Assembly (NCBI GenBank): GCA_038131955.1
Contig: JAYPQK010000002.1
Span: 267,851-331,850, forward strand
Direction of reading: 5' to 3'
Length of the DNA: 64,000 bases
From: Flavobacteriales bacterium
GTDB lineage: Bacteria; Bacteroidota; Bacteroidia; Flavobacteriales_G; Salibacteraceae
The notes under the pieces are model-generated. The model was given only the letters and a program-made list of their open reading frames with translations. It had not been told where the DNA came from and ran no database searches. This document shows, piece after piece, positions 46,535 through 57,222 of this stretch. Positions within the stretch are counted from its first letter, which is position 1, and each line of letters starts with the position of its first letter. A program made the position numbers and the translations under genes.

Positions 46535-47632
46535 TCAAACATTGAATCGGAAGTGCATGACGTCGCCGTCCTTGACGATGTACTCCTTTCCTTCAATATG
46601 GAGTTTACCGGCATCACGAGCGGCTGATTCTGAGCCGAACTGGATATAATCGTCATAGCCGATCACTTCAGCGCGAATAAAGCCTTTCTCAAAATCTGTG
46701 TGGATCACGCCAGCTGCCTGAGGTGCCTTCATGCCTTCCTTGATGGTCCAAGCGCGCACCTCCTTCACTCCGGCTGTGAAATAGGTTTGCAGTCTTAGCA
46801 ATCTATATGCGCTGCGGATCAATTTACTCACGCCTGGTTCTTTCAAACCAAGGTCTTCCAGGAACATTTGACGCTCCTCATAGGTCTCCAATGAAGCGAT
46901 GTCGGCTTCAATTCCGACACCCAGTACCAATACCTCGGCGTTCTCGTTCTTGGTCGCTTCCTTAACGGCTTCCACGTGCGCATTTCCGGAGACCACTGAA
47001 CCCTCTTCCACGTTGCAGACGTACATCACCGGCTTATCGGTCAGTAACCACAAGTCTTTTACGATCTCACGCTCCTTTTCATCCACAGGAGCCGAACGAG
47101 CCGATTTCCCTTCTTCCAAGTGGGTACGAAACTTCTCGTAGATATCGAACACCTTCTTGGCTTCCTTCTCGCCTACCTGAGCTTGCTTCTTCACCTTATC
47201 GATGCGCTTCTGGAGCGTTTCCAAGTCTTTCAACTGGAGTTCCATATCGATGACCTCCTTGTCGCGCACAGGATCCACGCTGCCGTCTACGTGAACGACG
47301 TTTCCATCTTCAAAGCATCGTAGGACATGGATGATGGCGTCGCATTCGCGGATATTGCCCAAGAATTGGTTACCCAATCCTTCGCCTTTGCTCGCGCCCT
47401 TCACCAAGCCCGCAATATCCACGATCTCGATGGTCGTAGGCATGATGCGCTCTGGATTCACAAGATCCGCCAAGGCATTCAGACGATCGTCAGGAACGCT
47501 TATGGTGCCCACATTAGGTTCGATGGTACAAAAAGGAAAGTTGGCTGCCTGAGCCTTTGCGTTGCTAAGACAGTTGAACAAAGTAGACTTACCTACATTA
47601 GGAAGACCGACGATACCACACTTGAGAGCCAT
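46535..47632 (-). CDS. ychF: redox-regulated ATPase YchF
   Basis: MALKCGIVGLPNVGKSTLFN (P-loop), a TGS-like C-terminus and HTDFEKGFIRAEV. The start is taken at ATG 47632. Confidence 0.95.
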   Translation of the reverse strand: MALKCGIVGLPNVGKSTLFNCLSNAKAQAANFPFCTIEPNVGTISVPDDRLNALADLVNPERIMPTTIEIVDIAGLVKGASKGEGLGNQFLGNIRECDAIIHVLRCFEDGNVVHVDGSVDPVRDKEVIDMELQLKDLETLQKRIDKVKKQAQVGEKEAKKVFDIYEKFRTHLEEGKSARSAPVDEKEREIVKDLWLLTDKPVMYVCNVEEGSVVSGNAHVEAVKEATKNENAEVLVLGVGIEADIASLETYEERQMFLEDLGLKEPGVSKLIRSAYRLLRLQTYFTAGVKEVRAWTIKEGMKAPQAAGVIHTDFEKGFIRAEVIGYDDYIQFGSESAARDAGKLHIEGKEYIVKDGDVMHFRFNV

Positions 47633-47667
47633 AGACTTGAAATTGGGCGGCAAATGTAGGTGAAATG

Positions 47668-49896
47668 TCAGCGAATCAGCGTGACCTTTTCCTTCACTTC
47701 GATCACCGGCAGATCTGTGCAGACGGTGGTCGCCCGTGCGTGATAGAAATACGTTCCCGGAGTAGCCGGATCACCGGAGGGCAGGGCGCCATCCCAAAGG
47801 TCATTTGCGAAGGTGGCGTTGAAGACCGACATTCCCCAGCGATTGTACACTTCACAAGAATACTCACGGATCAGCTCCGGCGCAACAAAGCGCATCCCGA
47901 AGGCGTCGTTGATACCATCCGCATTGGGCGTGAACACATTGGGAGCGATAAAGAAGCTGTCGCGACTCAGAGGAAAGAAATCCACGCGGATCGAGTCGGC
48001 GGATGCGCAGCCCTCTTGTGATGCTTCGAGGATGAAAACACCGGTATCTGCCACTGTGATATACGTAGCGGTATCACCTGTGGACCAGCGTCTTGAAGAG
48101 GTTCCCGTTTCTGTTCCGATTCGGACCTCTTGCCCAGCGCACAACAAACGATCCTCGCCCAACTCAAACGAAGGGGTGATCCCGAGCGTCAGATCAATAG
48201 AATCACGGAATTCACAACTCGCCGAGCGCACGGTAACCGAATAGATGCCCGTACTATCGAAGGTGACTGTCGGCCCGAACACTCCGTTGCTCCACTCATA
48301 GGACAAAGCCGTCGGCATAGACGCTGTGACCGAATAGGCTTCTACATCACAAAACCTAAGGATCGAATCTGAGAGGCTGAAGTATTCAACCCCAATTGAT
48401 ACGCTGTCGGTATCCGCGCACCAATCATTCCGAGCCACCACCCAATATATTCCCGAAGAGTCTACAAGGAGGTTTTGCGAAGTGTCACCGGTACTCCAAA
48501 AGATGCCCGTTGCCCCGGATTGTAATACAGAGATCGTCTCCGCCTGACAAAAGACGGTATCAGAAAGGGGAACTATTGTCACCGGGCGAAATCGCACATC
48601 GATGCTATCAGTGAGCTCACACTCTTGCAAGGTCAAAGTCACCGTGTACAAGCCATCACTGGTGATGCCCAGCGAATCGATGGTATCTCCCGTACTCCAC
48701 AGCGTGCTTCCATCAGGATTATAGACGCTCAATTCAACGGTGCCATCACAAAGCACCGTATCCTCAAAGCTGGACGTCAGGTAGGCCATTTCAATGTAGA
48801 CGTAGTCGGTATCGATGCAAACGCCCGATGCAGCGACCAAGTTGTAGTACCCAGAGGTGTCGATCGTGATATTGGGTGTAGTGTCACCGGTGTTCCACAG
48901 GTAGAATTCTGCTCCCACCGGACCTTCGATCACGAACTCGTCATCGCAGATGCTGGTATCGGAAAGTAGGTCGAGCACAAAGGGAAAGATGTTGACATCC
49001 ACCGTATCATAAGCGGTGTCGCAGCCGAGGATCTTGAGAACCACGTAGGTGGTGGAGTCGTCCGGAGATGCCCAAGGGGCGTTGGATGTTGAATCACTAA
49101 GCGAGGTACTCGGGGACCAGAGATAGCTCAAGGAAGGATCTCCTGCTTCGAGCTGAACCGAGTCTCCCGGACAAAGCAGATATGCCGTGAGGTTGTTAGA
49201 AAGACTGCTCGATTCGAACGGTCCACAGAAGCCTTGGTTGTTGACTGCACCGCCCGTAGTGCCTAGAAATCCCCAATGGACCAAGTTATCGCCATTGAAC
49301 ACGCCGATCAGGTCTACACCAAGGGTGATCCTGAGGAAGCAGTCGAAATACACCCGCATGGTATCGCTCACCGGGTCCCAGGTTACGCGGAATGAGTGAG
49401 GAACGCCATCCTCGATGTTACCGGAGGTAGGTAGAGCCGGAATAGGTCCGGTCAGCGCATTTCCGGCATTGTGATTCACCGGAGCATTCTGGAAGATGCC
49501 GAGGTGATCAGCTGTGATATCACCCAATTCAGTATTCTGCCACGTATCGATCTCAATTCCTAAGGTGTTGGATGTAAACCCACTTCCCTCAAAACCGATC
49601 GAACCACCAGGTGTCCCGATCAATGTACCCGACAGAGAGCCTCTAAGAACGAACACCATTCCATCTGCCCCACCATCGTTGTCGCCCAACGAAACATCAA
49701 AGGATATATCCAATCCATTATTGAGATCAATCGCCGTCTGCTCGTAGGCATACCCTCCTTGGAAGGTATTGAGGTCGGTGAGTTGATAACAATCGCCGCC
49801 CAGGGTATCGGTAGAACCTCCAATGGTGATCTGCGCCTTAATAGGAAACGTGCACCCGATCGTGAGAAGCAAGAAAAGAAAAAGGATGCGCGACAT
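47668..49896 (-). CDS. secreted protein: N-terminal legume-lectin-like domain, six WSTGDT-type repeat modules, T9SS type B C-terminal domain
   Basis: Signal peptide MSRILFLFLLLTIGCTFPIKAQ. The N-terminal region looks lectin/LamG-like (ISFDVSLGDNDGGADGMVFVL). Six ~70-aa modules each contain a WSTGDT-type core. The C-terminus is FFIAPNVFTPNADGINDAF...VYNRWG...WDG....GTYFY. Confidence 0.9.
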   Translation of the reverse strand: MSRILFLFLLLTIGCTFPIKAQITIGGSTDTLGGDCYQLTDLNTFQGGYAYEQTAIDLNNGLDISFDVSLGDNDGGADGMVFVLRGSLSGTLIGTPGGSIGFEGSGFTSNTLGIEIDTWQNTELGDITADHLGIFQNAPVNHNAGNALTGPIPALPTSGNIEDGVPHSFRVTWDPVSDTMRVYFDCFLRITLGVDLIGVFNGDNLVHWGFLGTTGGAVNNQGFCGPFESSSLSNNLTAYLLCPGDSVQLEAGDPSLSYLWSPSTSLSDSTSNAPWASPDDSTTYVVLKILGCDTAYDTVDVNIFPFVLDLLSDTSICDDEFVIEGPVGAEFYLWNTGDTTPNITIDTSGYYNLVAASGVCIDTDYVYIEMAYLTSSFEDTVLCDGTVELSVYNPDGSTLWSTGDTIDSLGITSDGLYTVTLTLQECELTDSIDVRFRPVTIVPLSDTVFCQAETISVLQSGATGIFWSTGDTSQNLLVDSSGIYWVVARNDWCADTDSVSIGVEYFSLSDSILRFCDVEAYSVTASMPTALSYEWSNGVFGPTVTFDSTGIYSVTVRSASCEFRDSIDLTLGITPSFELGEDRLLCAGQEVRIGTETGTSSRRWSTGDTATYITVADTGVFILEASQEGCASADSIRVDFFPLSRDSFFIAPNVFTPNADGINDAFGMRFVAPELIREYSCEVYNRWGMSVFNATFANDLWDGALPSGDPATPGTYFYHARATTVCTDLPVIEVKEKVTLIR

Positions 49897-49953
49897 GTTA
49901 AGGTTGTAAATACTATAACTCAAAACTAGTCTTTTCAGGCGCTGCTATTACAG

Positions 49954-52900
49954 CTACTTACCTCTGATCAACGTGACGTTGTCCTTTACCTCTATGATCG
50001 GAAGGTCTGTACAGACCGTATTTGCACGGAAGATATAGAAGTAGGTCGCCTCCTCAGCGTCATCTCCCGAGGGTAACTTTCCGTCCCAATCATGGTTGAT
50101 GAACTCCGATTCGAAGACCAACACTCCCCATCGATTGTAGATAAACAACTCATAATCCGTGACCAGATTCGGATTCGCTATGGTCAAGCCCAAGACATCG
50201 TTGAGTCCATCTCCATTGGGGGTCATGACGTTTGGTACCAAGAAAAAGGAATCGGGATCTAACGTCCTCCAAGTAACAGCAATGCTATCTTGGCCTTCAC
50301 AACCACCTACGGACATACTTGCGATGATCAACCCTGAGTCTTTCACGAGCACCGTTCTTCCTGTATCTCCTGTATTCCATCTTACGGTAGAATACACCGA
50401 GTCAACGCTAACCCGAACTTCTTCTCCGTTGCAGATCATGCGATCCTCGCCTATGCTGAAAACCGGAGCGTTGCCAAAGGTGATCTTGAGCGAATCTGCC
50501 AGACTGCAATAGCCCGTAGAAACTGTAACATAATAGGTTCCACTTCCATACACGGTGGTATTTCGAGTGGTATCCCCAGTACTCCAGAGGAACTCGGAAC
50601 CCGTAGGTCCGGGAGCTACCAAATAGTGACTGTCTAGGTCGCACACAAGTTCTTCTGTGATCGAGAAGCTCAACGTTTGACGTTCAACGTTCACACTATC
50701 CGTATCAGAGCACAAGCCATTGTTTCCGATCACCCAGAGCGTCATGGAGGTGTCCACCAGGATCGCCGATGCTGAATCGCCCGTACTCCAGGCGTAGGAT
50801 GTCAATTCAGGATTGAACGCGCTAAAGGTCACCGGCTCACAGATAATGGTATCGGGGCCAAGATCTACGAGCGTCGGACTCAAGTCGACATTGATCGTAT
50901 CAGTAGTAGAACAAAAACCATTTTCGAGGAATACCCAATAGGTTCCCTCCTGTGTCACCAGAATGCTCTCCGTAGTATCTCCTGTACTCCAGAGTATCGT
51001 CCCGTCGTTGTTTTCGACTGAAAGCTCTAGAGATTCGGTACACACGACCGTATCCGTGGTTGAGAAATTGATGTACGACACTTGAATATTGACGGTATCG
51101 CTGTCCGAGCAGAATCCATTGTCCGCCTTCAGGATATAGGTTCCGGTAGCATTCACTTCGATGCTTTGAGTAGTATCTCCGGTACTCCATAAAAAGGACA
51201 CGCCATCATTAGGTCCTTCGAGGAGGAATCCAGGTTCACAAATACCTGTATCGTTGATGAGGGTGAAGTCGTAGGGCGGGATGATCTCCACATCGATCGT
51301 ATCGGTGAACGTTCCACATTGGTGTGTAACCTCGACCCAATAAGAACCTGTCTGATCGACGTCTATCGACGCCGAAACCTCACCTGTCGACCACAAGTAG
51401 TTCGCAAAAGGGTTATCAATACTCAGGTTCACGCTTTCCGTACAGATCGCAGAGTCGCTTAGGATCTCAACCGCGGATGTATCCAAAACCGTGATGATTA
51501 ACGTAGCCGTGTCACTCAACACGCAGCCCACTGTATCAAACACCACATAAGTAACCTCGTAAACTCCAGGGGAATTGTAGGTATGTGAAGGTGTTTGGGT
51601 CAATGCGGTATCACCGTCACCGAAGTTCCAGGCGTGACTCAATCCTTGGCTACCGAAATTGGTGAAGTCGACCGTTTTAGGAACGCATCCCACGCTGCTG
51701 GGAGCTACTTGTGCATTGGCTACCGCGGCTTGCACCTCAAAATCGATCTTAAAAACAGTTAAGTCATAGGTGCCGCCATTCTGATTACCGGACCAGGCAT
51801 TAACCGTTTGAGGAAAATCAAACCCATTGGTACAGGTCGCTTGGTATACGGCTCCTCTTTTATCAAATCGGCTTGTTCCCCCATCCACATGAGAAGATGG
51901 AACTCCGTAGTAAGTACCATGAATGATGCTGTCTGCATCTGAATTCAAGACGATGATGTAAAAACCAGCCCCTGTAGGTTGTACGGCATTGGCTGTAATT
52001 TCAAAGTTTCCGTTGGCGCTTGCGTTGTTTCCTGCAGCGTAAATATTCTTGCAGTTATCTACAAGAAAAGCTGAGTGAGCCACGCTAGCAAATGTGGCTG
52101 TCCAGTAGATGGAGTCTAACTCTTTGGTGTATTTTCTAATAAACGAACCTTGATTCGTACTCGGCCCTGTATACTTTCCGCTATCCGCAACTATACTGCC
52201 GTTAGAACCTCCCAATACGTAGATGTATCCGTTTCGATCGATCTGAAGGAAGAGTCCGCGATCAGCGTCGTTGGAGGCAGTATCAGATCGGATAAACGTG
52301 CTTTGTAGAAGATCGGTTCCATCCCCACTCAGTCGAAGGATGAATCCATCGGAATTTCCACCATTGTAATCTTCATCCTCGGCGCCAGTCGTGGTCGGAA
52401 ACCCTGGACTAGCCGTAGCGCCTACGACGTACACCGTACCATCCTTCGCTGGTTTCACGTTGAATGCCCCGTCATTCAGCGAATCTCCCACATAGGTGCC
52501 GAACAGGAGTTGCGACAGGTTGTAGTTCAACTTTGCTACGTATCCGTCCTGCCCTCCACTCTTCGTGGTCATGAAGGCATTGTTTGAAACCTGGATCGAA
52601 TCGCTACTACTTGTCGTAGCAACGAAGACATTACTATAGATATCACAAACCACCTCTCCCTTGAAGGTGGAATAGCTTCCCACGTTCAGTGCATTATTTC
52701 CATCGTCACCTTCACCTCCTAGGTAGGTCGACCCGATCAATGAGTCACCGCTGTCGGAAAGTATGGTCAAACACACATCCCAGCCCCCGTTGAAAGAGGT
52801 GTCCAATGCGCTGACGGACACCGGATAATCCAAGGAATTGGTCTTTCCATAGACCACCACGTCATTGAATCCATTAACGACGATACTGTGGACGTAATCA

Positions 52901-53847
52901 GCGCCTGTTCCACCGATGTAGGTACTCCAAAGCAGAGTACTTCCGTTCGTATCCAACTTGGAGAGTCCAATGTCGTTCCCTCCTCCCGCGAAATCGATCT
53001 GAAAGGAACCCGTATCTACCGGATAGCCCGTTCCAAAAGGTCGACCACCGCCGTAAATATTTCCGAATTGATCAAAGGTGGCGCTATGTCCCCAGGTGTT
53101 TACCTGAGAACCAATGTTCGTGGAGGCAACCACTACCGGATCGATGTAGAGTATGTAACTCGGATCGTAGTCGCCGAGGTCGAAATAGACTCGATTTCCT
53201 TCCACTCTGAAAGCGCACTCTACCTCAACTCGCTCACCTCCAATCAATTGAAAAGCATACGGAGCTTGCTCCTCGACGGTAGTTTTCGGTAATTGGATCT
53301 TCAGATTTCCACTTTCGACCCGGAGTGATCGTACCGCCAGATACTCGACAAACACACCGCTTGGGTCGACTCGGTCAGAGACATAGAAGGTGTACTTCAT
53401 ATTACCCTCTTGGACTTGCCAATGCAGGTCCACGCCGGGTTGCACCTCATAGAAGGAAAGTTTATCATATACACCGACACGTGAAGCCCACTTGCTTCTA
53501 TCCTTCCCGAGGTAAAAGTTGACATAATCCTTGTGTCTGCCATAAAGGTCATTCACAGACCCTTCTGTACTCCCGAATCGCATCTCGTAGGTATGACCCT
53601 CGAGGTCGATCCGTGCGTCCGGTTCGTCGTGAGCGATGTGCATCGCTTCGTGGAAAGCATCTTGCTCGAAGATGGGAATGCGGACACGGTCAGCTAAGAA
53701 CCAAGCGTCTCCGTTGGGAAGGGTGTACTTAGCCACTACTTCATCGTTCCATTGACCTTTATTCTCAATGTATCCCACCGATTGCGCCATTGCCGACAGG
53801 CTCCACACCACCCCCAAAACCGTCAAATACGACTTCCACTTATTCAT
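49954..53847 (-). CDS. secreted protein: SBBP/beta-propeller-like repeats, PKD domain, six WSTGDT-type modules, T9SS type B C-terminal domain
   Basis: Signal peptide MNKWKSYLTVLGVVWSLSAMAQ from the ATG at 53847. It has repeated STYIGG.G.D / TYLGGEGDD / TYVGDSLND beta-propeller-like segments. One PKD domain (WNFGDGDTAL..HTY) precedes six WSTGDT modules. The C-terminus is FFLVPNVMTPNGDGLNDVL...IYNRWG...WDG. Confidence 0.9.
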   Translation of the reverse strand: MNKWKSYLTVLGVVWSLSAMAQSVGYIENKGQWNDEVVAKYTLPNGDAWFLADRVRIPIFEQDAFHEAMHIAHDEPDARIDLEGHTYEMRFGSTEGSVNDLYGRHKDYVNFYLGKDRSKWASRVGVYDKLSFYEVQPGVDLHWQVQEGNMKYTFYVSDRVDPSGVFVEYLAVRSLRVESGNLKIQLPKTTVEEQAPYAFQLIGGERVEVECAFRVEGNRVYFDLGDYDPSYILYIDPVVVASTNIGSQVNTWGHSATFDQFGNIYGGGRPFGTGYPVDTGSFQIDFAGGGNDIGLSKLDTNGSTLLWSTYIGGTGADYVHSIVVNGFNDVVVYGKTNSLDYPVSVSALDTSFNGGWDVCLTILSDSGDSLIGSTYLGGEGDDGNNALNVGSYSTFKGEVVCDIYSNVFVATTSSSDSIQVSNNAFMTTKSGGQDGYVAKLNYNLSQLLFGTYVGDSLNDGAFNVKPAKDGTVYVVGATASPGFPTTTGAEDEDYNGGNSDGFILRLSGDGTDLLQSTFIRSDTASNDADRGLFLQIDRNGYIYVLGGSNGSIVADSGKYTGPSTNQGSFIRKYTKELDSIYWTATFASVAHSAFLVDNCKNIYAAGNNASANGNFEITANAVQPTGAGFYIIVLNSDADSIIHGTYYGVPSSHVDGGTSRFDKRGAVYQATCTNGFDFPQTVNAWSGNQNGGTYDLTVFKIDFEVQAAVANAQVAPSSVGCVPKTVDFTNFGSQGLSHAWNFGDGDTALTQTPSHTYNSPGVYEVTYVVFDTVGCVLSDTATLIITVLDTSAVEILSDSAICTESVNLSIDNPFANYLWSTGEVSASIDVDQTGSYWVEVTHQCGTFTDTIDVEIIPPYDFTLINDTGICEPGFLLEGPNDGVSFLWSTGDTTQSIEVNATGTYILKADNGFCSDSDTVNIQVSYINFSTTDTVVCTESLELSVENNDGTILWSTGDTTESILVTQEGTYWVFLENGFCSTTDTINVDLSPTLVDLGPDTIICEPVTFSAFNPELTSYAWSTGDSASAILVDTSMTLWVIGNNGLCSDTDSVNVERQTLSFSITEELVCDLDSHYLVAPGPTGSEFLWSTGDTTRNTTVYGSGTYYVTVSTGYCSLADSLKITFGNAPVFSIGEDRMICNGEEVRVSVDSVYSTVRWNTGDTGRTVLVKDSGLIIASMSVGGCEGQDSIAVTWRTLDPDSFFLVPNVMTPNGDGLNDVLGLTIANPNLVTDYELFIYNRWGVLVFESEFINHDWDGKLPSGDDAEEATYFYIFRANTVCTDLPIIEVKDNVTLIRGK

Positions 53848-53972
53848 GTCGATGAAATTCAATCTTTTGTCGGAACGCTCAAATGTAACCCATTTTGAAG
53901 TTCTCAAAAGTTTTAAACATTCGTTTTCTACCCCATAGTGGCCTTCTATTTTCGCACCCTGCAACGATTCTA

Positions 53973-54818
53973 ATGGCTGATACAACCCATCTACAACAAC
54001 GTGCCTCTCAAGTAAGACGTGATATCGTCAGAATGGTCCACTCGTGTTCGAGCGGACACCCTGGAGGCTCCCTCGGATGTGCTGATTTTTTCACCGCTCT
54101 TTATGGCGGAATCATGCGCTACGACTCATCTAACTTCAATATGGACGGAAAAGGAGAAGACCTCTTTTTTCTTTCCAATGGACATATCTCACCAGTTTGG
54201 TACAGTACGCTGGCACGCAGCGGATACTTTCCGATCAGCGAGTTGAGCACGTTTCGGGCGATCGACACACGCCTTCAGGGTCATCCTACCACGGCAGAAC
54301 ACCTTCCAGGTATTCGCATGGCGTCTGGTAGTCTCGGACAAGGCCTTAGTGTTGCCATCGGCGCGGCGCTTGCCAAGAAATTGAATGGTGATGATCGACT
54401 GGTGTTCAGTCTTCACGGTGACGGCGAACTACAAGAAGGCCAGATCTGGGAAGCGGCCATCGCGGCTCCTCATCACAAGGTGGACAATCTCATTGCCACG
54501 GTAGATTTCAATAACCGCCAGATCGATGGTGACGTCACCGATGTGATGTCTCTCGGAAATCTCAAAGCCAAATGGGAAGCCTTTGGTTGGACCACCCTCG
54601 AAATGGATGGAAACGACATGGGTGACGTGGTCGCTACTTTAGAGAAAGCCAAAGGCATGACCGGTCAGGGAAAACCGATCGTGATCATCATGCGCACCGA
54701 GATGGGTCAAGGCGTAGACTTCATGATGGGTACCCACAACTGGCATGGCGTAGCACCTAACGATGAGCAATTGGCCCAGGCTTTGCAACAGCTGGAAGAG
54801 ACCGAAGGAGACTATTGA
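53973..54818 (+). CDS. transketolase, N-terminal (TPP-binding) subunit
   Basis: RRDIVRMVHSCSSGHPGGSLGCADFF...LSNGH.SP.WY...GHP....PGI..ASGSLGQGLS...GDGELQEGQIWEA. The start is taken at ATG 53973. Confidence 0.92.
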   Translation: MADTTHLQQRASQVRRDIVRMVHSCSSGHPGGSLGCADFFTALYGGIMRYDSSNFNMDGKGEDLFFLSNGHISPVWYSTLARSGYFPISELSTFRAIDTRLQGHPTTAEHLPGIRMASGSLGQGLSVAIGAALAKKLNGDDRLVFSLHGDGELQEGQIWEAAIAAPHHKVDNLIATVDFNNRQIDGDVTDVMSLGNLKAKWEAFGWTTLEMDGNDMGDVVATLEKAKGMTGQGKPIVIIMRTEMGQGVDFMMGTHNWHGVAPNDEQLAQALQQLEETEGDY

Positions 54819-54850
54819 CGCGAAATTGAAGCAACGAGCGTTGTATAATC

Positions 54851-56224
54851 ATGCATAAGATCCTAGCGATATTCATACTTATTGGACTCGGCTTCACTGC
54901 CCGTGCACAGGAAGAGGAGCCCCTCACCCGCATCCTCTTCATCTTCGATGCCTCCAACAGTATGAACGGGATCATGGAGAAAAGACCCAAGGTAGAGATC
55001 GCTACGCGGCTTCTCTCCTCGGCGCTTGATTCTCTAAAAGATGTAGAAAATCTCCACATGGCTCTCCGAGTCTATGGTAGCGAGAAGTACTATCAAAAGG
55101 GTCAAGACTGCGATGACACACGTTTACTCGTACCCTTCGGCGCTTCGAATGTTACTCGGATGCGGTCTGAACTCAATAAGCTGAAACCTAAGGGGACTAC
55201 CCCGATCGCAGCAACCCTCGAAAAGGCCGCGAATGACTTTACTCGCTGTCCTCGAGGGGAATGTCGAAACATCATCATCCTCATTACCGATGGCATCGAA
55301 GAATGCGACGGGGATCCCTGTGCCGTGTCATTGGCCCTTCAAAGAAGAGGAATTGTACTCAAGCCATTCGTTATTGGTGTGGGGTTGGATGTAGAGTTCA
55401 GAGAGGCGTTCGAGTGCGTAGGAACCTACTTCGACGCCAGTAACGAGAAGAAGTTCAAAACCGCGTTGGGGGTGGTCATCTCTCAGGCCCTCAACAACAC
55501 TACAGCACAAGTCAATCTGTTGGACCAGTCGGGTGCCCCAACAGAAACCAACGTGAACATGACGTTCTACGACGATCACTCCGGCGCGATCGTTCACAAC
55601 TACTACCATTCGATGAATTCCAAGGGGAATCCGGACACCCTGGCGCTCAACCCGGCTTACCAGTACCGCATCGTAGCGCATACCATTCCAGCCCAGTCTA
55701 CGGACAGCGTGGTCATCACACCAGGCAAGCACACCATTGTGGGTATTCCTACTCCACAGGGCGACCTCCAATTCAAGATGTTGGGAACCAATCCTGAGAA
55801 TCAGCACCTGAATGTCATTGTTCGTAAGTCGGGTGAAATGAAGACCCTGCACATTCAGTCATTCGCTGAAAAACAGAAATACATCACCGGGAAATACGAC
55901 TTGGAGATACTCACCCTGCCCCGCACGAATATTGAGGGCGTAGAGATCACGCAAAGCCACACCACCACGATCGAGATCCCACAGCCGGGGATTGCATCCT
56001 TCAGCAAATTTGGATACGGCTACGGCAGCGTCTACCTGAACCGCAAAGGAGAACTTGAATTTGTCGCCACGCTCGACATGATGAAGGAACGCGAAACGCT
56101 CAGTCTACAACCAGGAGAATACGTGGCTGTGTTCCGTCCAAAACAAGCCCGTGGCAGCGTTTTCACGGTCGAACGAAAATTTACAATATCCTCTGGAGCT
56201 TCCGTTTCTGTGAAGTTCAACTGA
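54851..56224 (+). CDS. exported von Willebrand factor A (vWA) domain protein
   Basis: Signal peptide [22 protein letters not shown] motif [25 protein letters not shown], and [17 protein letters not shown]. About 250 aa of beta-rich sequence follows. Confidence 0.85.
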   Translation: MHKILAIFILIGLGFTARAQEEEPLTRILFIFDASNSMNGIMEKRPKVEIATRLLSSALDSLKDVENLHMALRVYGSEKYYQKGQDCDDTRLLVPFGASNVTRMRSELNKLKPKGTTPIAATLEKAANDFTRCPRGECRNIIILITDGIEECDGDPCAVSLALQRRGIVLKPFVIGVGLDVEFREAFECVGTYFDASNEKKFKTALGVVISQALNNTTAQVNLLDQSGAPTETNVNMTFYDDHSGAIVHNYYHSMNSKGNPDTLALNPAYQYRIVAHTIPAQSTDSVVITPGKHTIVGIPTPQGDLQFKMLGTNPENQHLNVIVRKSGEMKTLHIQSFAEKQKYITGKYDLEILTLPRTNIEGVEITQSHTTTIEIPQPGIASFSKFGYGYGSVYLNRKGELEFVATLDMMKERETLSLQPGEYVAVFRPKQARGSVFTVERKFTISSGASVSVKFN

Positions 56225-56231
56225 TGAACCT

Positions 56232-57188
56232 ATGAGCATACACGACCTCAACCCTACCGAGAAGAAAGACACACGAAGTGGATTTGGAGACGCCCTTTAC
56301 GAATTAGGTAAAGAAGACGATCGCGTAGTAGGACTTTGCGCCGACCTAACCGGATCGCTCAAGATGAATGCCTTTGCGGACGCATTTCCCGATCGATTCT
56401 TTCAGACCGGTGTGGCAGAGGCCAATATGATCGGCATGGCCGCAGGACTTACGATCGGAGGTAAGATCCCTTTTACCGGAACCTTTGCCAACTTTAGTAC
56501 GGGTCGAGTTTACGATCAAATACGCCAGTCGATCGCCTATTCTGAGAAGAATGTGAAGATCTGTGCATCCCATGCTGGTCTTACGTTGGGTGAAGATGGC
56601 GCTACCCACCAGATCCTCGAAGACATCGGTCTGATGCGCATGCTTCCGAATATGACGGTGATCAATCCGTGCGACTACAACCAAACCTTCGCCGCAACCA
56701 AGGCGATCAAAGACTGGGATGGTCCGGTTTATTTGCGATTTGGGCGTCCGAGTTGGCCCATCTTCGCTTCGAAGGACTCATTTGAGATCGGAAAGGCCTG
56801 GAAGATCAACGACGGCAGCGATGTGACCATCGTGGCTACCGGACACATGGTATGGTACGCCGTATTAGCCGCCAAGGAGCTTGAGAAAGAAGGCATCAAG
56901 GTGGATCTTTTGAATATTCACACGATCAAGCCTATCCATGACGCGGCGATCTTGGCGTCCGTGAAGAAGACGGGCTGTTTGGTCACTGCAGAAGAGCACA
57001 ACCGCTTTGGCGGCTTGGGAGAAGCTGTGGCGCAGGTAACCACTACGGCTTTCCCAGTTCCTCAGGAATTCGTGGCTGTTGACGACAAGTTCGGTGAAAG
57101 CGGAAAACCTACAGACCTACTCAAGAAATACGGCTTAGACGTAAGCGATATCATCGCCGCAGCCAAGCGCGCGATCGCACGTAAGTGA
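56232..57188 (+). CDS. transketolase, C-terminal (pyrimidine-binding) subunit
   Basis: [12 protein letters not shown]......V.L.ADL..S......F...FPDRFFQ.GVAEANM.GMAAGL and RFGRP. Confidence 0.92.
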   Translation: MSIHDLNPTEKKDTRSGFGDALYELGKEDDRVVGLCADLTGSLKMNAFADAFPDRFFQTGVAEANMIGMAAGLTIGGKIPFTGTFANFSTGRVYDQIRQSIAYSEKNVKICASHAGLTLGEDGATHQILEDIGLMRMLPNMTVINPCDYNQTFAATKAIKDWDGPVYLRFGRPSWPIFASKDSFEIGKAWKINDGSDVTIVATGHMVWYAVLAAKELEKEGIKVDLLNIHTIKPIHDAAILASVKKTGCLVTAEEHNRFGGLGEAVAQVTTTAFPVPQEFVAVDDKFGESGKPTDLLKKYGLDVSDIIAAAKRAIARK

Positions 57189-57222
57189 TCTCTTGACATC
57201 TTTGTAGGAGAAAACGAATCTT

